A DNA stretch of 64,000 bases, taken from positions 151,840,001 to 151,904,000 of the forward strand of contig CM059432.1 in the NCBI GenBank assembly GCA_030390025.1. The letters run 5' to 3'. The notes under the pieces are model-generated. The model was not told where the DNA came from. It searched no databases and worked only from the letters and a program-made list of their open reading frames with translations. The position numbers were made by a program, and so were the translations under genes. Source of the stretch: Squalus acanthias (lineage: Eukaryota). This document shows, piece after piece, positions 1 to 11,739 of this stretch. Each line of letters opens with the position of its first letter. Position 1 is the stretch's first letter.

Positions 1-961
1 AGACTTTTTTATAAACTGAACCATTTTGAAGTTGAAAGTAATTTTATTTATAAAAACTTGAAAACTGCCGAAACATTAAGTATTTTATGCACTGGTTTTG
101 GTTTGCTTATTAAATTTGTTTATTAAGACAGTATGTTGATAAAATTGCTGACAGTGCACTAAATCTTTAGCTTCTTTTCTCCCAGTGCACGTGAGTAAAC
201 TGCACAGCTCCAGCATGTGATTTTCTGTCCCTTCATTTTAAAAAGCTAAAACTTTATGGTTAAATGCCTTAAAGCAGTAAATTATGGACAAGAACTGGCT
301 GATGGTGGGTGGGCACAGAGGGTGTTGAAGATGTTAAAGGAGCTGTGGATGGGTCAGAGAAGAGGCTAATGGGGAGGTAATGATGGGACTGTTGGTTCAA
401 AAATGACCAACAGCAGTTTTGTTCCTGATACCCTACTCTTTCCCCCCCCTCCCACCAGGCTGTTAGAATTTAGATCCTGTTCTTCTCAATTTTGTCAAAT
501 CCCAGAAACCCCCAGCACTACCAGACTCTGTCCCTCCTCGGACTTCCTGGACTCCAGGGCACTCAAGTCCCAGATTCTACAGCCCCTGTTGGTGTCGCGA
601 AACCTTTTAGACCCTGTGCTCCCTCACCTGAGAGATTCCTCCCCAATTCCCCCCCCCCCCGGTCTCAAGATCCTTCTCCCTGGAATCCTGGAATCTTTCA
701 CTCTAATGTTCTTGGAACTCTGGGACCCCCATCTGTCAAAGTACTGTTAGACCCTGAGACCCCCATCCCAGTTTTGCCAGAATGTTTAAGGGCACCAGTT
801 TGAGATTTTCATGGAGAAATGAACGGTGTCATGGAATTCAATCCCTTAAACATCAGTAGAAAATGGAATTCAACTTATTCAGCTGCTGTGACAATCTAGC
901 AACTACCACGATTCAGTGAAAGCAATTGTCAGCAGAGGGTGATGGAAGCCAAGTGTCACAC

Positions 962-1273
962 ACAGAATCAGAATCCCCACAGTGCAGATAGAGGCCATTT
1001 CGGCCCATCGAGCCTGCACCGACACATATCCCACCCTATCCCCGTAACCCCACGTATTTAATGCCCCCTAACACTAAGGGTCAATTTATCATAGCCAAAT
1101 CAACCTAACCCGCACATCTTTGGACTGTGGGAGGAAACCGGAGCACCCGGAGGAAACCCACACAGACACGGGGAGAATGTGCAAACTCCACACAGACAGT
1201 CAGCCAAGGCCGGATTTGAACCCGGGTCCCTGGCGCTGTGAGGCAACAGTGCTCACCACTATGCCACCGTGTC
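962..1273 (-). mobile_element. tRNA-derived V-SINE (HE1-like) with CR1-type 3' tail
   Basis: The minus strand reads gtggcatagtggtgagc (A box), gggttcaaatcc (B box), then tgtgtggagtttgcacattctccccgtgtctgtgtgggtttcctccgggtgctccggtttcctcccac (V domain) and a (gattct)n tail. Confidence 0.85.
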
Positions 1274-1479
1274 AGTGATGGAAAACTATATATTGATAAT
1301 ATGTCAACGATGGAGGCCCCATTAAGATATTGGTTACCTAATGGGAATGTTTTAAGTTTCTTTTTAAAAGAATTTAATAGAATAATGTATTGCGAGATAA
1401 ATGGGATGTATGGCCTACAATCTGTGTTCATTTATGTTCCCTGCCTGGGTTGATGTAAGCTGTTTTGTTTTTTTTCCAG

Positions 1480-1529
1480 CCGTGCCTTTCCTGCTAAATG
1501 GTCAGTCGCAAGCGGAGGTGCATCAAGAG
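1480..1529 (+). CDS. CLASP2: CLASP2 coding exon (50 nt): (N)RAFPAKWSVASGGASR(G)
   Basis: Acceptor ttttttccag| and donor |gttagt. The translation resembles vertebrate CLASP2 NRPFSSKWS as recalled. Phase 2->1 joins the 11575 exon in frame. Confidence 0.8.
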
Positions 1530-3108
1530 GTTAGTTTTGTATTTAAAAATTCAGAACTAAAACTATGAAATATTGGACAGTAGACGTTGTTTAACACCCA
1601 CCCTTGTGATTTTTATTCATGTTTATCCTACAATCTTATCTCTCTCATCCCAGACTGGATGCAGGGACATTCTTGTTGTGTAGTATAAATTAAACATTGG
1701 CCTCGTTTCCTTTGCTGATCTACATTACAGTACTCCAAGTGCTACCTTGCATTAATTTGTACTTTTGAAAACAAACTGGACTACCGGTTGCCTATAAAAA
1801 GTAATTAGACCATTTTTCACTTTTTTCAAGTCCTTTACCATCTTCCTTTGTCCTCTCCACTGCTTTTGTCTTTTATTCTTTAATCTCATTTTTATTTTCT
1901 CCAGCTTTTATTCATCTGACTTCATTTTTTCTCTCCCACTGTTTCTCTATTTTTCTTTTTCCTTTATCCTGTTCTACTGTGCATTTTCCTGTTTCTGTTC
2001 TCCTTACCCTGCTCATCTCAACTCTTCTGTGTAAAATGGAGTTTGTACTTGGTGCTCTGCCCCAAGAATCTCTTGGCTCTGTTTATTTCTTATCTTTGGC
2101 CTCCATTCCCCACTGTCTCTGGCCCACGCACCAACTCACCAATGCGCACCAGTCTACGTTGCTTTCACTGTTATTTCTCTCATCACTACTGCAGGATAAA
2201 TTAACTTTGTTCTTTTACTTGTTAAATCACGGAAAATTCTCAAGTTGCTATCAAAATGTGTTTATTATTTCGATGGAAATAAATTGATAAGTTAACCTAT
2301 TTCAAATTGAATTTAAAATTTTGACAGTCAGGCAGGACAGCTTCTTGTGTGATCTCAATAATTGTGAGGGCTCTTGCTTTTTTTTAGGTTCAACCTGATC
2401 AGGTCCACCATTGTTTTGAAATTGGTGTTTGTGTTGAAAAAGTGATTAAAAGGGCAAGGTTATTTCTCTGTAGCACAAATGGGTATTGCTCTACTTTTTT
2501 CCTTACAGCAGGTGTGCAGTTGACCCTGCATACTCTGCATCTCTTCCGTTGCCCTGTCCCAGGTTATCCGAATATTTTGGTCAGCAAGTAAAATTGCATC
2601 TGATTGCATAATAAAAAATGACAATTTCTTTATCATTCCATGCCCTCTTTTGTTGCCAAACATTGAGTAAAAGACTCCAGTTTCTCTGCAGGTGTAGCTG
2701 GCTTAGATGGAGGGAGTATCAAACACTTTTTTTTAAGGTTTCCCAGGATTCTAAGGTGCTGACACTGGCACCAGCTTCCACAACATACGAACAGGAGGAG
2801 GCCATTCAGCCCCTCAAGCCTGTTCCGCCATTCATTTGGATCATGGCTGATCTGTATCTTAACTCTATCTACCTGCCTTGGTTCTGTAACCCTTAATACC
2901 CTTGCCTAACAAAAATCTAGCTCAGATTTGAAATTTTCAATTGACCTAGCCTCAACAGTTTTTTGGGGTAGAGAGTTCCAGATTTCCACTACCCTTTATG
3001 TGAAGAATTGCTTCCTGACATCACCCTTGAATGGTTTAGCTCTAATTTGAAGGTTATGGCCCCTTGTTCTGACTCCTCCACCAGAGGAAATAGTTTCTCT
3101 CTACTCTA

Positions 3109-4265
3109 TCATAGAAACATAGAAGATAGGAGCAGGAGTAGGCCATTCGGCCCCTCGAGCCTGCTCCGCCATTCGATGAGATCATGGCTGATCATCCAAA
3201 CTCAGTACCCTGTCCCTGCCTTCTCCCCATATCCCTTGATACCTTTAGCCTTAAGAAATATATCTAACTCCTTCTTGAATATATTTACTGACTTGGCCTC
3301 AACTGCCTTCTGTGGTAGAGAATTCCACAGGTTCACCACTCTCTGGGTGAAGAAATTCCTCCTCATCTCTGTCCTAAATGGCTTACCCCTTATCTTTAGA
3401 CTGTGACCTCTTGTTCTGGACTCACCCACCATCGGGAACATCCTTCCTGCATCCAGTCTGTCTAGCCCTGTTAGAATTTTATAAGTTTCAATGAGATCTC
3501 CTCTCATTCTTCTAAACTCCAGCGAGTATAAGCCCAATCGACCCAATCTCTCCTCGTACGTCATTCCTGCCATCCCAGGTATCAGTCTGGTGAATCTTCG
3601 CTGCACACCTTCCATGACAAGAACATCCTTCCTCAGAAAAGGCGACCAAAACTGCACACAATACGCAAGGTGTGGTCTCACCAAGGCCCTGTACAGCTGC
3701 AGCAAGACATCCGTGTTCCTGTACTCAAACCCTCTCGCTATGAAGGCCAACATACCATTTGCCTTCTTAACCGCCTGCTGTACCTGCATGCTTACCTTCA
3801 GCGACTGGTTCACAAGGACTCCCAGATCTCGTTGCACTTCCCCTTCTCCCAATCTATTGCCGTTCAGATAATAATCTGCCTTCCTGTTTTTGCCACCAAA
3901 GTGGATAACCTCGCATTTATCCACATTATACTGCATCTGCCATGCTTCTGCCCAATCACCCAACCTGTCCAAATCATACTGGAGTTTCTCTGCATCCTCC
4001 TCGCAGCACACACGCCCACCCAGCTTTGTGTCATCTGCAAACTTGGAGATATTACATCTAGTTCCCTCGTCTAGATCATTAATATATATTGTGAATAACT
4101 GGGGTCCTAGCACCGATCCCTGCAGTACCCCACTAGTCACTGCCTGCCACTCGGAAAAAGACCCGTTTATTCCAACTCTTTGCTTCCTGTCTGCCAACCA
4201 GTTCTCTATCCAAGTCAGTACCTTGCCCCCAATCCCATGTGCCTTAACTTTACACGCTAATCTCT
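3109..4265 (-). mobile_element. Young 5'-truncated CR1 LINE with an intact RT C-terminal half
   Basis: Open frame KVKAHGIGG..GVLQGSVLGP..KFADDTKL..RRNFFTQRVVNLWNSLP to the stop at 3202, with a short 3' UTR and (tctatg)-type tail. Confidence 0.92.
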
Positions 4266-4494
4266 TCCTTTCCTTTAATCCTTTAATTCCTTTAATCATC
4301 TTAAACACCTCAATTAGATCACCCCTTAATCTCCTATACACGAGGGAATGCAAGCCTAGTCTATGAAACCTGTCATTGTAATTTAACCCTTTTAGCCCTG
4401 GTATCATTCTGGTGAATTTATGCTGCACCCCCTCCAGGGCCAGTATATCCTTCCTGAGATGCAGTGCCCAGAACTGAACACAGTACTCTAAATG

Positions 4495-5212
4495 ATAGGA
4501 TACTGAGAAGTGTAGAGGAACAGAGGGACCTTGGAGTGCATACCACAGATCCCTGAAGGTACCAGGTCAGGTAGATAAGGCAGTTAAGAAGGAATACAAG
4601 ATGCTTTCCTTTATTAGCCGAGACATAGAATATAAGAGCAGGGAGGTTATGCTAGAACTGTATATAACAGTAGTTAGGCCATAGCTAGAGTACTGTGTGT
4701 ACAGTTCTGGTCTCCATATTACATGAAGGATGTGATTGCACTAGAGAGGATACAGAGGAGATTTACGAGAATGTTGCCAGGACTGGAGAATTTTAGCTAT
4801 GAGGAAAGATTGGATAGGCTGGGGTTGTTTTCGTTGGAGCAGAGGAGACTGAAGAGAGATTTAATTGAGGTGTACAAAACGATGAAGGGCCTAGATAGAG
4901 ACGATATGAAGGACCTATTTTCCTTGGCAGAGAGGTCTATAACCAGGGGTCATAGTTTTAAAGTAATTGGTCGAAGGATTAGAGGGAAGTTGAGAGAAAA
5001 GTTTTCACCTAGAGGGTGGTGGGGGTCTGGAACACATTGCCTGAAAGGATGGTAGAAGCCGAAACCCTCACTGCATTTAAAAAGTATTTGGATATGCACT
5101 TGAAGTGTCGTAACCTACAAGGCTACGGACCAAGAGCTGGAAAGTGGGATTAGGGTGGATAGCTCTTCTTCGGCCGGCACGGACACGATGGGCTGTAAGT
5201 ACGATTTCCATG
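4495..5212 (+). mobile_element. 5'-truncated CR1 LINE with 5-bp TSD
   Basis: ORF 4723-5055 [23 protein letters not shown]. aaatg is duplicated at 4490-4494 and 5213-5217, and the host CR1 resumes after it. Confidence 0.88.
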
Positions 5213-6403
5213 AAATGGGGTCTTACCAGTGCTTTATACATTGTAGTATAGCTTCTACCCCTTTGTATTCCAGCCCTCTTGAGATAAAGGGCAACATTCC
5301 ATTTGTCTTTTTAATTATTTTTTGTGCCTGTCCACTAGCTTTTAGCGATTTCTGTTCTTGGACCCCTAAATCTCTATGCACCTTCACAATTCCGAACTTC
5401 TCACCATTTCAAAAATACTCTGATCTGCCCTTCTTAGGTCCAAAGGGGATGGCCTCACACTTTCCCACATTGAATTGCATCTGCCACAGTTTTGCCCACT
5501 CACTTTAAGCTATCGATGACCCTTTGCAACCTTCTGCTCCTATCTCTACTATTTACAATGCTACCTAATTTAGTGCCATCAGCAAACTTAGATATACGGC
5601 TCTCTATTCCTTGATCCAGGTTATTTATAAATATAGTGAAAAGCTGAAGCCCCAGTACAGATCCTTGGAAGACACCAGTAGTCACATCTTGTCAATTTGA
5701 GTACATACCCATTATCCCTACTCTCTGTCTTCTACCTCCTAACCAATTCCCTACCCATGTCAATAGGATGCCTCCAATTCCATGCGCTCTCATTTTTGTT
5801 AACAGTCCCATATCTACCATGTTAGTTACATACTTAAAAAGTTCAACTCGGTTTGTTCACATGACTTACCCTTTACAAATCCATGCTGGCTCTCTCTGAT
5901 AGTTAATATTTGTCCAATTGCTCAGTCACTCTGTCCTTAATAACAGATTCTAATAACTTCCCCACAACAAACGTTGGACTAATAGGCCTATAATTTCCTA
6001 ATTTATCTCTCCTATCCTTCTTTAAAAAATGGCGTGATATTGACAATTTTCCAATCCAAGGGGCCAATTCTTGAATCAAGAGATTTTTGGAAGATCATGA
6101 CAAGAGCATCTACAATTTCCACTTTTCATACCCTAGGGTGGAAACCATTGGGTCCTGGAGATTTGGCTATCTTTAGTTTCATTATTTTTCCTCACCTTAA
6201 ATCTAGTAAGTTCCTCTGCTTGCTTTATTTTTTACTTTTCCTCATCCTCTACTGTGAAGACCGATGCAAAGTAAGTATTTAGCAGGTCTGCCATTTCCTG
6301 ATTTTCAATATACGCTAGGTGGTCCTCTTCAGTGCAAGCATACAAAGAAAGAAAAGCTATCTGTGCTTTCTAGGTTGCACACCAGCAATAGGTCACCATA
6401 GAT

Positions 6404-8015
6404 CAGTGTTTCTCAAACTGGAGTCCGCGGATCCCTGGGGTCCGCAGAGACTTTCCGGGGGGGGGGGAGGTCCGCAGCCTGTCCGCTCTCCGCCGCCCTG
6501 CCCAGTACCCACCCCCGCCGCCGGGACTATGGTTTTCCTCAAGCTCCGGGATCAGGTAAGTCCCACGTCACGCACTTTGTTGTTCAGACTGTGGACGAGG
6601 AGCTGCAGCCGCTGCTTGGGACTGTGAGCTGGGGCCAGGGGACGGTGACTGGAGCCTGAGCCGAGCCAAGCCGCGGATGGGGTGAGTTGGAATGGCCACA
6701 GGGATGGGCTCTTCTATCCCAGCCCCTACCCCGGAATCAGGGTTCTCGAGTTGCTGTCCTTGATGCAATAAAGACCGTGATGGGAAATGGAAACTTGAAC
6801 TGGAAAATGTGTACAGTTGTTCTCCACTTATTCTGTGAGTGTTCTGTCATTCAGTCAGTCTGTGTACTGGGATCTAAAGTGCGGTGGGGTTTCACCGGTT
6901 CTCCCCCCGGGTTACTCATACCGTACTGGGTTGCCTCTTCCTCCAAGGTTTGCCGGCTCATTTAACCTCCGGCTGAAGTTATTCGATTTGAGGCCAGGCC
7001 ACTGAGTTGTGATGGATCAGAGGGGCGGTAGGGGCACGCCGGGACTTTGTGACCCGAAATGTTTTGCGTGCACACGGGTGCTCCTTTGATCATAGAATCA
7101 GGTCATTTCAAGCCTGCTCCTCTTTTATAAAACCGACACTGATTCAGTTCTTGCGAATTATTCTCAATGGCTGGGCTCACCACTTCACGCAGACCCACAG
7201 CTCTCACTCACCTAGCAACAAGCGCTCCCTGCCGGTCGAGCCGATTCCTCTCCCTGGTGCCACAACTCTATGCCATCCTCCCGACATGTGATCAGAGCGC
7301 CTCCCGGGCCCTTCAGACACGTGCCTGAACGTGTTCACGCAAACACGCAAAATCCCACAGTGTAGCTGTTACAGAACATGCCAGTGGGATAGCATGCCGA
7401 TGAGTCATGCTTCCAGCAGTATCCCAGCATGTGCATGGGTGCTCGTGCTCTCACTCACCTTGGCCAGCCTACTGACGGCTTTAAAAATTGTCCAGCACTA
7501 AGTGACTAATAGTGGCCGTCTGTTGCCATGGAGTACCCAGAATTGGAGTGAGAAGCAGACACACCCATCTCACTGATATCTGTGATGTAAGAAAACTACT
7601 AGGCACTTGGTCTAAGCGTTAAACAAAGCTTTAATCAACTGTTTTACAACATGGAGATCTAGTTGTGTCCTTCTCTAGTTCCTGTTAAGAATGTCCTGCG
7701 CAAGCTGGGCCCGTGCCCGAGTATTTATACTCTCCCTGGACAGCGCCACCAGCAGGCCGCCCAGTATTATTTCATAAGTCATTTTCCATGAATGACAAGA
7801 TTCATGCCACTCTGTAAGTAAATACCTGTTTTCTTAAAAGCATTGTTAAAACACTCTTTACATGCAGCATTTTCATATTATAAGTATTATATAGTATAAT
7901 TCCGATGGGGGATGGTCCATGTTACTAATTGATTTGAAAAGGGGTCCTTCGGGGGTCTGTGATTACGAACCGATTTGAAAAGGGGTCCTTAGCCAAACAA
8001 GTTTGAGAACCACTG
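6404..8015. mobile_element. Non-autonomous hAT (Charlie-like) DNA transposon, about 1.6 kb
   Basis: 16-bp TIRs cagtgtttctcaaact / agtttgagaaccactg (1 mismatch). 8-bp flanks ccatagat / cagtagat match at 6/8 with central TA. Subterminal ggggtcc repeats at both ends. No transposase ORF. Confidence 0.85.
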
Positions 8016-8144
8016 CAGTAGATGGCCATATAGAGAGCATATAAAACAGGTAAAAACCAAGACTCAAAGATGCCTGAGTTTGAAGATGGTTGGATCAAGC
8101 CCCACTTCAGGAGCTGATCACATTATTTAGGCTGACACATCAAC

Positions 8145-8998
8145 AACAACAGCAACTTGTATTTATAAACGCCTTTGACATAATAAAATGTTCCAAGGCA
8201 CTTCACAGGAGTTGACACCGAGCCACATAAGGAAATAGTAGGGCAGATGACCAAAAGCTTGGTCAAACAGGTAGGTTTTAAGGAGTGTCTTAAAGGAGGA
8301 AAGAGAGGCGGAGAGGTTTAGGGAGGGAAATCCAGAGCTTAGGGCCTTGGCAGCTGAAAGCACGGCCTCCAGTGGTGGAGCAATTAAAATTGGGGATGCT
8401 CAAGAGACCAGAATTAGAGGAGTGCTGATATCTCGGGGTTGTGGAGCTGGAGGAGGTTACAGAGATAGGGAAGGGCGAGGCCATGGAGGGATTTGCAAAC
8501 AAGGATGAGAATTTTGAAATCGAGACGTTGCTTAACCGGGAGCCAGTGTAGGTCAGCGAGCACAGGGGTGATGAGTGAACAGGACTTGGTGCGAGTTAGG
8601 ATACAGGCAGCTGAGTTTTGGATGACCTCAAGTTTACGGAGGGTAGAACGTGGGAGGCCGACCAGGAGTGTGTTGGAGTAGTCAAGTCTAGAGGTAACAA
8701 AAGCATGGATTAGGGTTTCAGCAGCAGATGAGCTGAGGCAGGGGCGGAGTCAGGCAATGTTCCGGAGGTGGAAATAGGCAGTCTTGGTGATGCCGTGGAT
8801 ATGTGGTCCGAACCACATTTCGGGGTCGAATATAACACCAAAGTTGAGAACAGTCTGGTTCAGCCTCAGACAGTTGCCAGGTAGAGGGATGGAGTTTGTG
8901 GCAGGGACTGAAGACAATGGCTTTGGTCTTCCCAATATTTAGTTGGAGGAAATTTCTGCTCATCCAGTACTGGATATTGGACTAGCAGTCTGACAATT
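8145..8998 (-). mobile_element. L2-clade LINE 3' fragment
   Basis: (AAC)n tail on the + strand. Minus-strand remnants WMSRNFLQLNIGKT, ITKTAYFHLRNIA and SFKTLLKTYLFDQAF. Confidence 0.85.
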
Positions 8999-10625
8999 CC
9001 TTTCAAAATCCTAAAAACCTCAATCAAATCGCCCCTTAGCCTTCTATATTCCAGAGAATATATGCCTAGTTTATGTAAGCTATCCTCTTAATCTGATCCT
9101 TGGAGCCCTGGCAACATTCTGGTGAATCTGCACTGCACTCCTTCCAAGGCCAATTTATCTTTCTATGGTGCGGTGCCCAGAACTGTACACAGTACTCCAG
9201 ATGGGGGTCTAACCAGGGCTTTGTACAGCTGTAGCAAAAGTTCCTCCCCTTTATATTCTAGCCCCCTAGTTATAAAGGTTAACATTCCATTAGCTTTATT
9301 GATTATTGTTTGAACCTGGCTACTACATTTTAGTGATCTGTGTACATGGACCCCTAAATCTTTTTGGACCTCCAAAGTTCCGAGCTTTTCACCATTTGAA
9401 AATACTCGGATACATCCTTTTTTGGCCCAAAATGGATGACCTCACACTTACCTGCGTTGAAATCCATCTGCCACAATTTTGCCTACTCAATCTATCAATG
9501 ATTCTTTGTAATTTCTAGCTCCTGCCTGCACTACGTACTATGCCACCAATCTTTGTGTCATTGTCATACTTGGATGTATGGCTCTCTATTGTGTTATCTA
9601 AGTCATTAATAAATGTAGTGAATAGTTGAGGCCCCAGCACAGATCCTTGCGGGACACTACTGGTCACTTCCTACCAATTCGAGTACGTACCCATTATTGC
9701 TACTCTCTTTCTTCTACCGCCTAACCAGTCTCCTAACCAGGTCAATAATTTGCCTTCAATTCCATGAGCTTTAATTTTAGCTAACAGTTTCTTATGTTGA
9801 ACCTTTTTGAATGCCTTCTGGAAGTCCATATAAACTACTATTCCCTGACTACTACTTTCGTTACTTCCTCAAAAAATTCATTTAGGTTTATGAGACATGA
9901 CCTACCCTTTACAAATCAATGGGCCGGATTTTCCGATCGGAGGATTCCTGTGTGCGGATGCCTCCGATTGGGAAAAATCTACGCACTTACCAGCTGGCTC
10001 CGTAGGTCACGAGACTTCCGATCCTGGGCCTCTCCTGGTCCGCGCGTGCAGAGGCCCAGGTATCCCGGGGCGCAGGCGGTTCGCAAGCGTCCCTGGGATC
10101 ATGTGGGCCATGGGGAACCAATCAAAGAAGGGAATCCCCTTCATACTTTTGACAGGTCTCTACGCATAGATCTGTCAAAAGTATGAATGGGGATCACTTA
10201 AAAAAAAGTTAAACATTAAATAATTTTTTTTTAAATCACGTATTTAAAATTAGTTAAAATTACATTCAATTAAATATTTTAAACAAAAATTTAATTTTAT
10301 GAAAAAAATAATTTATGTTTTTTTACAGGGCTAAAAATAAACTTACCTTTTTTTTTAAAGTATTTTTAAATTATAAATGAGTGGGGAAAAAAAATTATTT
10401 TTTAATCTTTTTAAACACTTATGCTGGTAAAAGAGTGACAGATCGGAAGTGCCGGGGTTTAGCGCATGCGCTTCGGAATATCCGGCCCAATGTTCGCTCT
10501 TTCTAATCAGCTCAAATTTCTCCTAGTCACTCTGTCCTTTAATTATAAATTCCAATAACTTCCCCACAACAGATGTTAGACTAACTGGTCTATAATTTCC
10601 TGGTTTCTCTCTCTCACCCTTCTTA
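8999..10625 (-). mobile_element. Decayed CR1 LINE fragment interrupted by a MITE
   Basis: EVQKDLGVHVHRSLK..KANGML (9163-9375) and EREKPGNYRPVSLTSVVGKLLE (to about 10625). Confidence 0.82.
9921..10488. mobile_element. PIF/Harbinger-type MITE (568 bp)
   Basis: TIRs gggccggattttccga / tcggaatatccggccc (15/16). Exact 3-bp TSD aat at 9918-9920 and 10489-10491. It interrupts CR1 sequence. Confidence 0.88.
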
Positions 10626-11574
10626 AGCAGCTGCCTATACCTTGGATTCGGCAGCAAGATCGATTGCCATTCAATGTATTGCTCCACAGATTGCCAGGAT
10701 CGCATTTAGGGTCACTGCTATGAGAGCTACGTCAGCAGCTATTAAAATTCCCTTTGACAGCAAAAGTATTTTGGGGAAAAGATGGAACCGGAATCTTTCA
10801 AGAAATACTAGCAGAACTGGTGTACTTGAACAGGAATAGCTCTGAAAAGTAGGATTCCTTTTAAGAGTTCCCTACTTCCTCAACCAACAGACTACAAAGC
10901 CCAGTTTTGCCTCAGCCGTTCTTCTATATTTGTTCTCCGGATATGAGTGATACTGGCAAGGCTGCATTAATTGCCCATTCCAAGGATGTAATGGTGGGAG
11001 GGCCTTCCTCTTTAATAGCTACAGTTCCTGTAATGGTGGTTAGGTAGGGAAGTCCAAACTTTTGATCAAGTGACGATGATGCAACAGTAATGTACGTGTA
11101 AGTCAGGATGGTATGTGACTTGGAGAGGAACGTGGAGGTGATGGTCTTCCAATGACATTGCTGCTGTTAGCCATTTGTAGCACCCGAGCCACTGCCTTGG
11201 CTGAGATCAGTTGACTGAGCACAGTCTGGAAATCAAACCTTAGGGTCTTCAATGTAATTATTCCTTCCAGTCTGTTATGCAATACGTTGATGAAGTTTCT
11301 GTTATAAATGAACTTTTTGAAATGGGCAGATGAATATTTCCTTGTGATACAAGTATCTAATTATAGTTGAACTCATTCCATTGTTTTGTTCTATTTCCAT
11401 TCGATACCTCCCCTGTATTGTATTTCTTAAAATCTTGGTAATTTTATTGCTTGTTCAACTTTATGATTCTGGCTACTTTTTTTTTGAAGATTCAGAACCA
11501 TTATTGCACTTGAACTTTGTTATTTTTTAGTAACACCTGTTAAACTTCACAATCTTTTCCCTTCTTTGTTTCAG

Positions 11575-11739
11575 GCTCAAGTGCAAAGTCTGCAGCTACC
11601 CCTGGTGGTTTGCAGCGCTCGAGAAGTGACATAGATGTGAATGCTGCTGCATCTGCAAAATCACGGCATACCACTGGCCGCACAGGAGCGAGCCGTTTAA
11701 CTGCATCTAATATCCCTTCAGGAGCCTATTCTTCACTCG
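11575..11739 (+). CDS. CLASP2: CLASP2 coding exon (165 nt): SSAKSAATPGGLQRSRSDIDVNAAASAKSRHTTGRTGASRLTASNIPSGAYSSL
   Basis: Acceptor cttctttgtttcag| and donor |gtaaga. Contains the CLASP hallmark LQRSRSDIDVNAAA. Phase 1-1. Confidence 0.95.

Larger units (their letters stand above)
2785..6310 (-). mobile_element. Older decayed CR1 LINE (3' part of ORF2), host of two nested CR1 insertions
   Basis: CR1 3' end at about 2785. ORF2 remnants are collinear across 2785-3108, 4266-4494 and 5213-6310 (e.g. GVFQGSVLG..KFADGTKLG). Confidence 0.8.

Noticed and set aside
403..803. Two overlapping Pro-rich ORFs
   Set aside because: C-rich low-complexity sequence with no recognisable domain and no convincing splice signals fitting CLASP2.
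1200..1273. tRNA genes (also about 17300-17370 and 57410-57500)
   Set aside because: The A/B boxes are SINE heads that continue into SINE bodies. No complete cloverleaf is evident.
2388..2402. 15-nt AG..GT microexon candidate
   Set aside because: In-frame TGA in phase 1 and a poor donor (gtccac).
3202..4428. 408-aa ORF as a host gene
   Set aside because: It is a chance in-frame fusion of two CR1 ORF2 fragments at about 4265.
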